Part shown: positions 29,150-37,866 of the stretch, in pieces
Position numbering within the stretch: the stretch's first letter is position 1
Layout of the letters: every line of letters begins with the position of its first letter
From: Candidatus Hadarchaeota archaeon
GTDB taxonomy: Archaea > Hadarchaeota > Hadarchaeia > Hadarchaeales > Hadarchaeaceae
Length of the DNA: 55,723 nt
NCBI GenBank assembly: GCA_964343275.1
Contig: CAYFIY010000004.1
Coordinates: forward strand, 1-55,723
Reading direction: 5' to 3'
Position numbers and translations under genes: made by a program
The notes under the pieces: generated by a model
What the model was told of the DNA's origin: nothing
Database searches by the model: none
The model's input: the letters and a program-made list of their open reading frames with translations, nothing else

Positions 29150-29512
29150 ATGGTTTCCAAACAGCCTAGGAAGCAACGCGCCAATGTTTATTCGCTGCCA
29201 CTACACAAAAGACGTGATCTACTATCAGCTCGTCTCTCAAAGGATCTAAAAGAAAAATATAATATCCGTTCGTTGCCCATCAGAAAGGGAGACCGAGTAA
29301 AGGTGCTGTTGGGTGATTTCAAGAAAGTAGAAGGGGAGGTCCTAAGTGTTGACACCAAACGTCAGCTGATAGAAATACAGGGACTTTCCGTCACAAAGAC
29401 AGACGGCTCTCAGGTGAATAGACCGGTTCATCCTTCAAACGTGGTTTTGTTAAAGATTGTTGAAGACAAGGAACGATTGCGCATGGGTGAAGGGAGGTTA
29501 AAGGTTGGCTAA
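29150..29512 (+). CDS. rpl24: 50S ribosomal protein L24
   Basis: SKQPRKQR, IRKGDRV, HPSNV. Confidence 0.96.
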   Translation: MVSKQPRKQRANVYSLPLHKRRDLLSARLSKDLKEKYNIRSLPIRKGDRVKVLLGDFKKVEGEVLSVDTKRQLIEIQGLSVTKTDGSQVNRPVHPSNVVLLKIVEDKERLRMGEGRLKVG

Positions 29513-30233
29513 GAAAGGCGGAGGCAGGCACCTAAAAAGGTATGGCGCGTCTAGGGCTGTAATCTTGCCCAGGAAGTCCTTTGTTTGGACGACTAAGCCT
29601 GAGCCAGGGCCGCACACGACAGTTAGCTCGATACCGCTCCGGCTTGTGATACGTGATTATTTATCGATAGCTCATAACGCGAGGGAAGCCGATAGGGCAA
29701 TATATGCAGGCGCCGTATCAGTGGACGGGATAATTAGGCGCTCGCCTGGTTTTGCTGTAGGACTCATGGATGTCGTGCAGATATCTTCGCTAGGCCGTGT
29801 CTATCGTGTACTATTAGATCATAGAGGACGTCTGGTTCTTTTCGAGACAGATCCATCTGAGGCCTCGGTCAAGCTATGCAAAGTGGTCCGTAAGCAGAAC
29901 GTAAAGAACAAAAAAATTCAACTAACTCTTCACGACGCGAAAAACTTCATGGGAGATCTTTTGGAATACAAACCAGGGGATGTCGTAAAAATTTCTTTTC
30001 CAGAACAAAAAATGATTGAGCGATTACCGTTTGAGGTTGGTAGCCTAGCCATGGTGACAGGTGGCAGAAATGTAAGCAGAGTGGGCAGGATCTCTGAGAT
30101 AAAGTTGATTTCGGGTACCCAATCAAATATAGTTACCCTTAATGACGACAGCGAAACTTTTCAGGCACCAGAGCACTACGTTTTTGTTCTGGGCAAGGAA
30201 AAATCAGCTATTGATTTGCCGGTGAGAAAATGA
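29505..30233 (+). CDS. rps4e: 30S ribosomal protein S4e
   Basis: HLKR, PGPH, AVGLMDV, LHD..N, TGG.N..RVG. Confidence 0.96.
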   Translation: MAKKGGGRHLKRYGASRAVILPRKSFVWTTKPEPGPHTTVSSIPLRLVIRDYLSIAHNAREADRAIYAGAVSVDGIIRRSPGFAVGLMDVVQISSLGRVYRVLLDHRGRLVLFETDPSEASVKLCKVVRKQNVKNKKIQLTLHDAKNFMGDLLEYKPGDVVKISFPEQKMIERLPFEVGSLAMVTGGRNVSRVGRISEIKLISGTQSNIVTLNDDSETFQAPEHYVFVLGKEKSAIDLPVRK

Positions 30234-30736
30234 ATCCGATGAGAGAGATCAGAGTGGAAAAGATAGTACTAAACATTGGTACTGGCGAAGGCGGTGAAAA
30301 GTTAGACAAGGCGGAGAAAGTACTCGGTGTGATTGCTGAGCGGAGGCCCAAGCGAACTTATGTAAAAAAATCCATTAGGGATTGGGGAATCAAGGAAGGA
30401 GAGCCGATTGGTTGCATGGTGACTTTACGCAGGGAGTCAGCCATCAAAGTATTGAAAAGTTTACTTGATGCTGTCGAAGAAAAAATTAAAGCTGATTCGT
30501 TCGACGACGGTGGCAACTTATCATTTGGCATTAAGGAGCATATCGATATCCCGGGGATGTCATATGATCCAGATATTGGGATATTTGGCATGGACGTGTC
30601 AGTAGTCCTGGAAAGGAGGGGCTACCGAATAAAAAGGAGAAGCCGACGTCCCAAGTCGGTTCCGAGAAGTCACAAGATCACCACAGGAGAAGCGATAAAT
30701 TTCATGAGTGAAAAATTTAAAATAGAGGTGCTATAG
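30230..30736 (+). CDS. rpl5: 50S ribosomal protein L5
   Basis: NPMR, NIGTGE.G, GNLSFGIKEHID.PG..YDP.IGIFG. Confidence 0.97.
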   Translation: MNPMREIRVEKIVLNIGTGEGGEKLDKAEKVLGVIAERRPKRTYVKKSIRDWGIKEGEPIGCMVTLRRESAIKVLKSLLDAVEEKIKADSFDDGGNLSFGIKEHIDIPGMSYDPDIGIFGMDVSVVLERRGYRIKRRSRRPKSVPRSHKITTGEAINFMSEKFKIEVL

Positions 30737-30883
30737 TTGTCTAAAAGGAAGTACGGGAAAGGAGCGCATAAATGTACGCACTGTGGCAGCCATGGTCATA
30801 TTTACCAACAGCACGGACTAAATCTCTGCCGTCGATGCTTTAGAGAACTAGCTCCAGAAATGGGATTCAGTAAATATAGCTGA
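30737..30883 (+). CDS. rps14: 30S ribosomal protein S14 (Zn-binding, S29e-type), missed by ORF track
   Basis: TTG start after GAGGTG; [48 protein letters not shown]. Confidence 0.95.
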   Translation: MSKRKYGKGAHKCTHCGSHGHIYQQHGLNLCRRCFRELAPEMGFSKYS

Positions 30884-30892
30884 GGTATTGTA

Positions 30893-31282
30893 ATGTCAGT
30901 AGACTCTCTTGCCAACACTCTTTCTAAAGTCGATAACTACGAACGCGCTAGGAAGCGAGAAGTCGTTGTATCACCTGCGTCTAAACTGGTTCGAGAAGTC
31001 TTACAAATAATGCAAGAAGAAGGTTTCATCGACGCGTTCGAATTCATCGACGATGGACTCTCCGGGGAGTTTAGGGTCGAGTTGAAAGGCAAGATAAACC
31101 GATGCGGGGTAATAAGGCCCAGATATGCTGTTGGGAAGGACGAGTATGAAAAGTGGGAAAAGCGCTATCTTCTGGCCGCGGGGTTTGGGGCCCTCGTAGT
31201 ATCGACTTCTAGAGGGATGATGACTCACACGAAGGCGAAGGGGTTAGAACTTGGCGGAAGACTGATCGCGTATGTTTATTGA
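30893..31282 (+). CDS. rps8: 30S ribosomal protein S8
   Basis: PASKL, G.INRCG.I.PR, STSRG.MTH, GGRLIAYVY. Confidence 0.97.
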   Translation: MSVDSLANTLSKVDNYERARKREVVVSPASKLVREVLQIMQEEGFIDAFEFIDDGLSGEFRVELKGKINRCGVIRPRYAVGKDEYEKWEKRYLLAAGFGALVVSTSRGMMTHTKAKGLELGGRLIAYVY

Positions 31283-31610
31283 ATTTGTCATCTAGCGCTT
31301 CAAGTGTCTAGACTGTATCTCTCCGTGACTTTTTTGTTATTCAAATTCAGTAAGCTTTTTCATCTTAAGTCTTGGCCAATCTTGATCGATTATGTGAGTT
31401 TTAGTTTCACGGAAGAAATCAACTTAGGCTATAACTATTCCACAACTAAAACATTACAGCCTTTTTCGCATCTAGTGAGTTGTCTAGAGGGCAAATAAGA
31501 TATAACTAGCGTGTTATCTCTGGATAACTGAAAGCTAAGAAATTGGTATGTACGTGAGAATAAGTCCAGGAAAATTGAGATGTTATTTGGGAGATAGGAG
31601 AACCTTCACG

Positions 31611-31619
31611 TTTTTAATA
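31611..31619 (+). promoter_or_regulatory. Putative TATA box upstream of rpl6
   Basis: TTTTTAATA about 45-50 nt before ATG 31663, at the end of a 380-bp gap. Confidence 0.4.
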
Positions 31620-31662
31620 GAGAAACACTGAAAGTAGACGGGATGAGTAGAAAGGGTCGATT

Positions 31663-32193
31663 ATGGTGCCCATATCACGGGAAAAGATAGATTTGCCTGA
31701 AGGCGTAGAGGCAAAGGTTACTGACAATAATATCGAGGTTAGCGGACCTAAAGGTAAAGTTTTAAGAACATTTAATGATCCTGAGATGAAGATAGAAGTC
31801 GAAGGCCATACAATTTTGGCTGAGATAGGATCCGTGCGACGCAAGAAAAGAGCTATGATGGGAACTTTTAGATCACACATTTTGAACATGGTCAAAGGAG
31901 TGACTGAGGGATTTATCTACAAATTGCGGGTGGTTTACTCTCATTTCCCAATATCAATAAAGGCAGACGGAAAACGTGTTATAATTAACAATTTTCTTGG
32001 AGAACGGTCACCAAGAGTTGCCTACATTGCAGGCGACGTTACGGTCGAGATAAGCGGCGAAGATTTGCTTGTCAAGGGAATAAACAGAGATAATGTAGGA
32101 CAGACAGCGATTAACATAGAATCAGCGACCTCAGTTAAATACAAAGACAAAAAAACATTCCAAGACGGTTGTTACATATGTGAGAGGTCGTGA
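31663..32193 (+). CDS. rpl6: 50S ribosomal protein L6
   Basis: GPKG, YSHFPI, NFLGE..PR, VGQTA..IE, FQDG.YI. Confidence 0.97.
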   Translation: MVPISREKIDLPEGVEAKVTDNNIEVSGPKGKVLRTFNDPEMKIEVEGHTILAEIGSVRRKKRAMMGTFRSHILNMVKGVTEGFIYKLRVVYSHFPISIKADGKRVIINNFLGERSPRVAYIAGDVTVEISGEDLLVKGINRDNVGQTAINIESATSVKYKDKKTFQDGCYICERS

Positions 32194-32551
32194 TAAATTG
32201 GTGAAAAAGAGATTGCCAGAGTTCAAGCGTCAAGAGTGGTTCAGATTCAAGAAGTTGGGGACAAAATGGCGTAAACCAAGAGGCAGTGACAGCAAGATGC
32301 GGGTGCGGATGAGCGGAAGAGGTAAGATGGCATCCATGGGGTATAGGGTTCCCAAAAATACAAGAGGGCTTCATCCCACTGGTTTGAAAGAGGTATTGGT
32401 AAAAAACACGATGGATCTCGCGGGGATTGATACCAGCTGTCAAGTCGTAAGGATATCTTCGGGTGTGGGTAAAAGAAAGAAACAACAGATTTTGAAGAAA
32501 GCTGATGAACTCAAAATAAGGGTATTAAATCCAGGAGTTAATAGAGCATGA
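32180..32551 (+). CDS. rpl32e: 50S ribosomal protein L32e
   Basis: PEFKRQEW, WRKPRG.DSKMR, RGLHP.G, VLNP. Confidence 0.96.
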   Translation: MRGRDKLVKKRLPEFKRQEWFRFKKLGTKWRKPRGSDSKMRVRMSGRGKMASMGYRVPKNTRGLHPTGLKEVLVKNTMDLAGIDTSCQVVRISSGVGKRKKQQILKKADELKIRVLNPGVNRA

Positions 32552-33006
32552 AACTAGACAAAAAGAAAAGGCTAGCGGCTAATATTCTAGGGATAGGTGT
32601 GAACAGGGTCTGGATAGACCCGACCCGCTCCGTGGATATTTCATTAGCGATCACCCGCAATGATATACGCGGTCTTATAAAACAAGGGGCCATTAAGGCA
32701 AATCCGGAAGTTGGTATCAGTAGAGGTAGACTGAGGAAGAGGCTTCTAAAAAGAAAAATTGGCAGGCGTGGCGGCCCTGGCTCCAGAAAAGGGGCAATTG
32801 GTGCGAGGACACCAAGGAAGGCCAAGTGGATAAGGACAGTTCGCCCGTTGCGCTCAAAGCTGAAAGAGATAAATAAAGAAGGTGTGGTCAGTTCAAGTGA
32901 CTACAGGAAAATTTACCGCATGATAAGCGGCGGCGTCTTCAAGAGCAAGGGACACCTTGAAACTTATCTAAAGGAAAGAGGAATTTTGAGGCGAACGAAT
33001 GACTAG
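32548..33006 (+). CDS. rpl19e: 50S ribosomal protein L19e
   Basis: KRLAA, RVWIDP, GISRGR, GPGSRKG, GGVFKS. Confidence 0.96.
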   Translation: MKLDKKKRLAANILGIGVNRVWIDPTRSVDISLAITRNDIRGLIKQGAIKANPEVGISRGRLRKRLLKRKIGRRGGPGSRKGAIGARTPRKAKWIRTVRPLRSKLKEINKEGVVSSSDYRKIYRMISGGVFKSKGHLETYLKERGILRRTND

Positions 33007-33595
33007 AGTAGGTCCACGCTACAGGGTAGAATTTAGGCGGAAGAGGGAAGGAAAGACAGATTACCGGCGAAGGCTAAGACTTTTGAGATCGAAAAAGCCG
33101 AGGTTTGTTGTGAGGATTTCGCTTAGGCACATTTCAGTTCAGGCTATCCAGTTCACACCCACGGGGGACGTCACGAAAGCTTCCGCACACACTAAAGACT
33201 TGGAAAAACTTGGTTTCAAAAATGGAACCTCAAATTTGCCGGCAGCCTACCTAGTGGGTCTGCTTTGTGGTTACCGCTCCGTCAAATCTGGAATTGGAGC
33301 AGCTGTTTTTGATATAGGGGAACATGGTTCCACACCCCGGGGCAAAATTTTTGCGGTCCTGAAAGGTGCTATAGACTCCGGGCTTGAAATACCGCATGAT
33401 GTAAAGGTACTTCCTTCAGAGGATACGATTAGTGGTTCAAGTATTTCCTCGTATGCCATTAAACTCAAGGAAAAAGACGAGAAGGAATATAGGTCCAAGT
33501 TTTCAGTTTATCTATCCCTAGGGCTGAATCCAGAAAATATATCCGATCACTTTAATTCGATTAAACGGGAAATAATCTCGCAATTTGGTGAGTAA
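32999..33595 (+). CDS. rpl18: 50S ribosomal protein L18
   Basis: RRKREGKTDY, NLPAAYLVG, GAIDSGLEIPH. Confidence 0.96.
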   Translation: MTRVGPRYRVEFRRKREGKTDYRRRLRLLRSKKPRFVVRISLRHISVQAIQFTPTGDVTKASAHTKDLEKLGFKNGTSNLPAAYLVGLLCGYRSVKSGIGAAVFDIGEHGSTPRGKIFAVLKGAIDSGLEIPHDVKVLPSEDTISGSSISSYAIKLKEKDEKEYRSKFSVYLSLGLNPENISDHFNSIKREIISQFGE

Positions 33596-34291
33596 ATGAG
33601 GGGAAAGAGACAGGGAAAGAGACAGTTTAAAAGAGAGTTCAGCAAAGAGTTGTGGCAACCTCGTACAATTATCGGTAAAGAGGTAAAAGAGGGGAAAATA
33701 ACTGGAATCTCACAAGTTCTGCGTAGCGGAAAGCCCTTTAAAGAGCCAGAGGTGGTTGACGCTCTCATGCCGAACATGGATGAGGAGATTCTCGATGTGG
33801 GGTTGGTCCAAAGGATGCATGAATCTGGCCGAAGGATTAAGTATAGGGTAGTATCTGTTGTCGGCAACCGCGACGGAATCGTGGGAGTGGGGCATGGAAG
33901 CGCCAGAGATATCGGTTCATCGATCAGAAAATCCACTACCATAGCTAAACTCAACTTAATAGAGGTTGCTAGGGGTTGTGGTAGTTGGGAATGCGGTTGC
34001 GGACGTAGCCACTCGATACCATTTGATGTCACCGGTAAAAGTGGGAGCGTCAAGGTTTCGATTAAACCGGCTCCTCGTGGGCTCGGTATAGCTTCGGCGA
34101 AGGTTCCAAGAACCATTCTAAAAATGGCAGGGGTCCAGGATGCTTGGACGAGATCGGAAGGGGAGACCCGCACCACGCTCAATTTTTCCTTGGCCGCACT
34201 GGATGCTCTAAAACAAACCACCAAGATGGCTTTGAGCGAGAAGTACAAGGAACACGTCACGATTGGGAAGGCGGATGAAACAAGTGGTTAA
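33596..34291 (+). CDS. rps5: 30S ribosomal protein S5
   Basis: W.PRT..G, VQRMHESGRR, RGCGSWEC, PAPRGLG. Confidence 0.97.
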   Translation: MRGKRQGKRQFKREFSKELWQPRTIIGKEVKEGKITGISQVLRSGKPFKEPEVVDALMPNMDEEILDVGLVQRMHESGRRIKYRVVSVVGNRDGIVGVGHGSARDIGSSIRKSTTIAKLNLIEVARGCGSWECGCGRSHSIPFDVTGKSGSVKVSIKPAPRGLGIASAKVPRTILKMAGVQDAWTRSEGETRTTLNFSLAALDALKQTTKMALSEKYKEHVTIGKADETSG

Positions 34292-34748
34292 ACTGGCCGT
34301 AATTAAACTTCGTAGCGGTATCAACGCTCGTACGGAGGTCAATGATACTCTGAATTTAATAGGCTTGACACGGGTTAACCACTGTGTTATACTTGATAAT
34401 GATCCATCCCGACTAGGTATGTTGAGGAAAATCAAGGATTTTGTAACTTGGGGAGAAATTAAGCCTGAAGTTCTAGAAATTTTAATAAAAAAGCGAGGAA
34501 GGCTATCGGGCGATAAACGAGTTACAAATGAGACCGTAAAATCAACGAAAAAATTTCAGACCATAGCCGAGCTGGCTGTCGCGGCAAGCGATGGTGGATA
34601 CGATCTCAAAGAGGCTGGAGTGAAGAAGGTTTTCAGGCTTCATCCCCCTAGGGGCGGACATAAGTCAACTAAACGTCCCGTCAAAGACCTGGGTGATTTG
34701 GGATATCGCGGGGAGCAAATAAACGAGCTACTCGATAGGATGATTTAG
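34275..34748 (+). CDS. rpl30: 50S ribosomal protein L30
   Basis: DTL..I.L.RVNHCV, GML.KIKD.VTWGE, FRLHPPRGG, LGYRG. Confidence 0.96.
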   Translation: MKQVVKLAVIKLRSGINARTEVNDTLNLIGLTRVNHCVILDNDPSRLGMLRKIKDFVTWGEIKPEVLEILIKKRGRLSGDKRVTNETVKSTKKFQTIAELAVAASDGGYDLKEAGVKKVFRLHPPRGGHKSTKRPVKDLGDLGYRGEQINELLDRMI

Positions 34749-34757
34749 GGTTATTCT

Positions 34758-35198
34758 ATGACAACACGTAAGCGGAGAAAAGTCCAGACCCAGCGCGGCA
34801 GACGTACCCATGGCAGCGGCTGTTCTAAACGAGGACGCGGTAGCGGAGAAAGAGGTGGAACAGGGATGAGTGGAGGGCATAAGCACAAATGGTCATATCT
34901 TATTAGGTATAGTCCAGACTACTTTGGAAATCATGGATTTATTCGTCCGACAGCAGTGCGGAGCAGTGTAAAAGCCATAAATATCGGGGAGCTAGACGAG
35001 CGCCTTGATGGGCTTCTGGACCTGGGTCTGGCCAGACGCGATGGAGAGAGATTCTTCATCGATGTGGCTAAGTTAGGTTTTGATAAAGTCCTTGGCAGCG
35101 GTCAAGTAAAACATCCATTGGACGTTAAGGCAAAGTCTTTCGTGGGCTCGGCTAAGCGCAAGATTGAAGAGGCTGGCGGCAAGGCTATCGCTAGGTGA
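34758..35198 (+). CDS. rpl15: 50S ribosomal protein L15
   Basis: RGRRTHG, RG.G.RGG.G, FG.HGF, KVLGSG, KIEEAGG. Confidence 0.96.
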   Translation: MTTRKRRKVQTQRGRRTHGSGCSKRGRGSGERGGTGMSGGHKHKWSYLIRYSPDYFGNHGFIRPTAVRSSVKAINIGELDERLDGLLDLGLARRDGERFFIDVAKLGFDKVLGSGQVKHPLDVKAKSFVGSAKRKIEEAGGKAIAR

Positions 35199-36670
35199 AA
35201 GCGATGGTGGAAGAGGGAAAGTCTCGCTCGATACTGTATGCGCTAGAACCAGCCGTTCGCAGGTTACCTGAAGTAGAAGTTCCCAAGAAACGGGTTCCCT
35301 TCAGGCAGAGGTTCATCTGGACGGGAGTGGCTCTAGTAATCTTTTTTGTAATGACTCAAGTTCCAATTTACGGTATAAGCCAGCGTGAGCCGTTCGTGGA
35401 TACGAATGGAAATGGTGTTTTTGATTTTGTTGACCTTGACGGGAATGGAGTTATGGACCTCGGCGAAGATGCCCTAGAAGAGTTCACTGATTTGAACGGC
35501 AATAGCATCTGGGACATGGGAGCACAGGATTTCTTCGGTCAGCTGAGATTTGTACTGGCTAGTCATTCAGGTAGTCTAATGGAGCTGGGTATAGGACCCA
35601 TCGTTACTGCCGGCATCGTGATGCAGCTTATGGTAGGAAGCAAGATCATAAAATTAGATCTGTCCAAGGGAGATGATCGTGCTCTGTTCACTGGGGTACA
35701 GAAAATTCTGGCTGTAGTTATGGGGGTGTTCTCAGGGGCTATGCTGGTGGTCGCTGGGACATATGGTCAGAGTTTGTCTTTATTTAGCTCAACAGGGGTT
35801 CTGATCGTATTTCAACTTACTCTGGGCGCGATCGTCGTGATTTACTTAGATGAGGTAGTTTCTAAATACGGCTTCGGCAGCGGTGTCAGTCTCTTTATAG
35901 CTGGAGGTGTTTCAATGACTGTAATCTGGCAGGCGTTAAATCCAACTAGCGGAGTCATCCCAAACCTAGCTGGCACAATAGTTGGTAGTGGGGATGTCAT
36001 TAGCTCTTTCTTCAGGCCAAATCTACCAAACATGGTGGGGTTGACAGCGACGATAATTATATTTTTGATAGTTGTCTATGCCGAAAGCATGAGAATTGAG
36101 ATTCCTCTCGCATACGCGAAATTTGGAGGAGTCAGAGGTAAGTACCCGATAAGGTTCCTGTACACATCGAACATTCCAGTGATTTTGGCCATGACCGTGT
36201 TTGCAAACATGAGGATTTTTTCGGCCGTCTTAAATGCTCCGTGGATAACCTACTACACTACTCCCCCCAGCGGACTGGCTCAAGTAGCTGCCGATCCTAT
36301 TCGCGCTGTCTTTTATATGGTCATTCTAACTGGTGTTGCAATGGGTTTTGCTTGGTTGTGGGTCAACATGACAGCAATGGGACCGAGGGACGTGGCAAAG
36401 AAGCTTGATTCATCTGGTATGCTAATCCCCGGGTTCCGTCGAGACGTGAGGGTCATGGAATGGGTTTTGAGTAGGTACATCATGACGGCAGCTTTGTTGG
36501 GAGGGGCGTTCGTGGGATTTCTCTCAGCAGGCGCAGACTTTTTAGGAGCTTTAGGCAGCGGGACGGGTATTTTACTAACCGTTGGTATCATGTACAACCT
36601 TTATCAAGAGATAGCTAAGGAGCAAGTAGCAGAAATGTTCCCAGCTATGAGGAGGTTGTTCGGTGAGTAG
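35195..36670 (+). CDS. secY: Preprotein translocase SecY with an inserted Dx[DN]GNG repeat module
   Basis: LMELGIGPIVTAG, GFGSGVSLFIA, YPIRFLYTSNIP, IPGFRRD, GSGTGILLTVGI. Start GTG 35195 or ATG 35204. Confidence 0.97.
   Translation: MKAMVEEGKSRSILYALEPAVRRLPEVEVPKKRVPFRQRFIWTGVALVIFFVMTQVPIYGISQREPFVDTNGNGVFDFVDLDGNGVMDLGEDALEEFTDLNGNSIWDMGAQDFFGQLRFVLASHSGSLMELGIGPIVTAGIVMQLMVGSKIIKLDLSKGDDRALFTGVQKILAVVMGVFSGAMLVVAGTYGQSLSLFSSTGVLIVFQLTLGAIVVIYLDEVVSKYGFGSGVSLFIAGGVSMTVIWQALNPTSGVIPNLAGTIVGSGDVISSFFRPNLPNMVGLTATIIIFLIVVYAESMRIEIPLAYAKFGGVRGKYPIRFLYTSNIPVILAMTVFANMRIFSAVLNAPWITYYTTPPSGLAQVAADPIRAVFYMVILTGVAMGFAWLWVNMTAMGPRDVAKKLDSSGMLIPGFRRDVRVMEWVLSRYIMTAALLGGAFVGFLSAGADFLGALGSGTGILLTVGIMYNLYQEIAKEQVAEMFPAMRRLFGE
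35387..35521 (+). repeat. Three in-frame F-x-D-x-[ND]-G-N-[GS]-h-x-D repeats inside secY
   Basis: EPFVDTNGNGVFD / FVDLDGNGVMDLGE / EEFTDLNGNSIWDMG between TM1 and the plug helix. Confidence 0.85.
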
Positions 36671-36681
36671 CGAGGCAATAT

Positions 36682-36770
36682 ATGGCATGTGTCATCGATC
36701 ATCGGAATCGATGATCCTAAACAGGAATGGAGGATTAAAAAAGGTGAGCAGTAATATACGTTCAGCGTAA
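36682..36770 (+). pseudogene. Possible 3' remnant of archaeal adenylate kinase
   Basis: Lies where adkA usually sits (secY-adkA-DUF106). Fragments MAC... and MILNRNGGLKKVSSNIRSA* loosely resemble the AdkA C-terminus (MAYA...KII.NR.G.LE.A). Confidence 0.3.
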
Positions 36771-36779
36771 GGTGGATTT

Positions 36780-37604
36780 ATGAGAAAAGCGATCATGGTT
36801 GCGATAATGGTAATTTTTATATCCTCTTCTCTGTTGAGCGTAGGATTGGTAAAGGCCCAAGAACAGGACAAGGAAGAGGCTCTCTGGGGCGTAATCAACA
36901 AGTTGGATATAGCCGCTTCATCCCTTAGGAAAAACGACATACAGCCAGCTCTAGCTTCTATTAGAAAAGCCGCCGGGGAGTATGAATCCAATCTCAGTCC
37001 GAGTATTTCCAAGGTAGATAATTCCCTTGATGCCCAAATTAAAGAGGATTTCACCGCCGTTTCCCAAGGCGTACCCGAAGAAGATGTCTTTTCACTGAGG
37101 AGCAAGATAATCGAAGCCGCCGCACTGATAGATGTCCATATACCTCCGGTGTTTATCTATTCACTCTTCATAGTTTTTGCGATCGGGATCTTGGTGGCAT
37201 TTTTTACCAGCTATGTTTCAAAGCGAATGGTTAATTGGGAAATGGTCAAACAGAATAAGGCAAAGATGGATGAATATCGTAAGGAGCTCTTAGCCGCCCA
37301 GAGAAAGCGCGATATGAAGGCCGTTCACAAGATACAGGAAAGGCAACCAGAGATAAATCAACTTCAAAAAGAATACATGTCGCAGACTTTTAAGCCAACA
37401 ATATTCATAATGGTGCCCCTCTTTCTGTTGTGGATTTTAATGCTTCCGGCTTTTAGGGGGTGGGTCGTTGCTTGGATGCCATTTATTCGAATAGACATTC
37501 CATTCATGGGTCCATTGGTGACTTTCGGTGTGGGTTGGTGGTACGTCTTAACCAACCTAGGTTTCTCTCAAATATTCCGGAAGATAATGGGAGTTGGAGC
37601 TTAG
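36780..37604 (+). CDS. DUF106 / EMC3-TMCO1 (Oxa1 superfamily) insertase with extra signal peptide and extracellular domain
   Basis: C-terminal TM, cytoplasmic coiled coil, KPTIFIMVP and GWWY...FSQIFRKIMG, in the conserved position before rpl34e. About 120-aa N-terminal extension beginning with a VKA|Q signal-peptide pattern. Confidence 0.88.
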   Translation: MRKAIMVAIMVIFISSSLLSVGLVKAQEQDKEEALWGVINKLDIAASSLRKNDIQPALASIRKAAGEYESNLSPSISKVDNSLDAQIKEDFTAVSQGVPEEDVFSLRSKIIEAAALIDVHIPPVFIYSLFIVFAIGILVAFFTSYVSKRMVNWEMVKQNKAKMDEYRKELLAAQRKRDMKAVHKIQERQPEINQLQKEYMSQTFKPTIFIMVPLFLLWILMLPAFRGWVVAWMPFIRIDIPFMGPLVTFGVGWWYVLTNLGFSQIFRKIMGVGA

Positions 37605-37862
37605 ATGCCGGATCGAAAGCAGAGATCAAGAAGCCGCAAAAGACATCAGGTCAGAACTCCCGGCGGGCTGACAAGGCAACATTATAAACGAAAAAAAGAA
37701 CGTGCAGCTAGATGTACTTCCTGCGGCAAACTTCTCGGTGGCATACCAAAAATAAACATCAGGAAGCAACCGCGCAGTTCAAGGACACCAAATAGACCTT
37801 TCGGTGGTTATTTTTGCTCGGCTTGCGTGCGTAACGTGATAAAAGAAACTGCAAGAGCTTGA
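37605..37862 (+). CDS. rpl34e: 50S ribosomal protein L34e
   Basis: RTPGG, CTSCG, PNRPFGGYFCSAC. Confidence 0.96.
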   Translation: MPDRKQRSRSRKRHQVRTPGGLTRQHYKRKKERAARCTSCGKLLGGIPKINIRKQPRSSRTPNRPFGGYFCSACVRNVIKETARA

Positions 37863-37866
37863 GCTT

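Noticed and set aside
31304-31498. 64-aa ORF in the rps8-rpl6 gap
   Set aside because: No SD, no motif and composition typical of random AT-rich frames; not supported as a gene.
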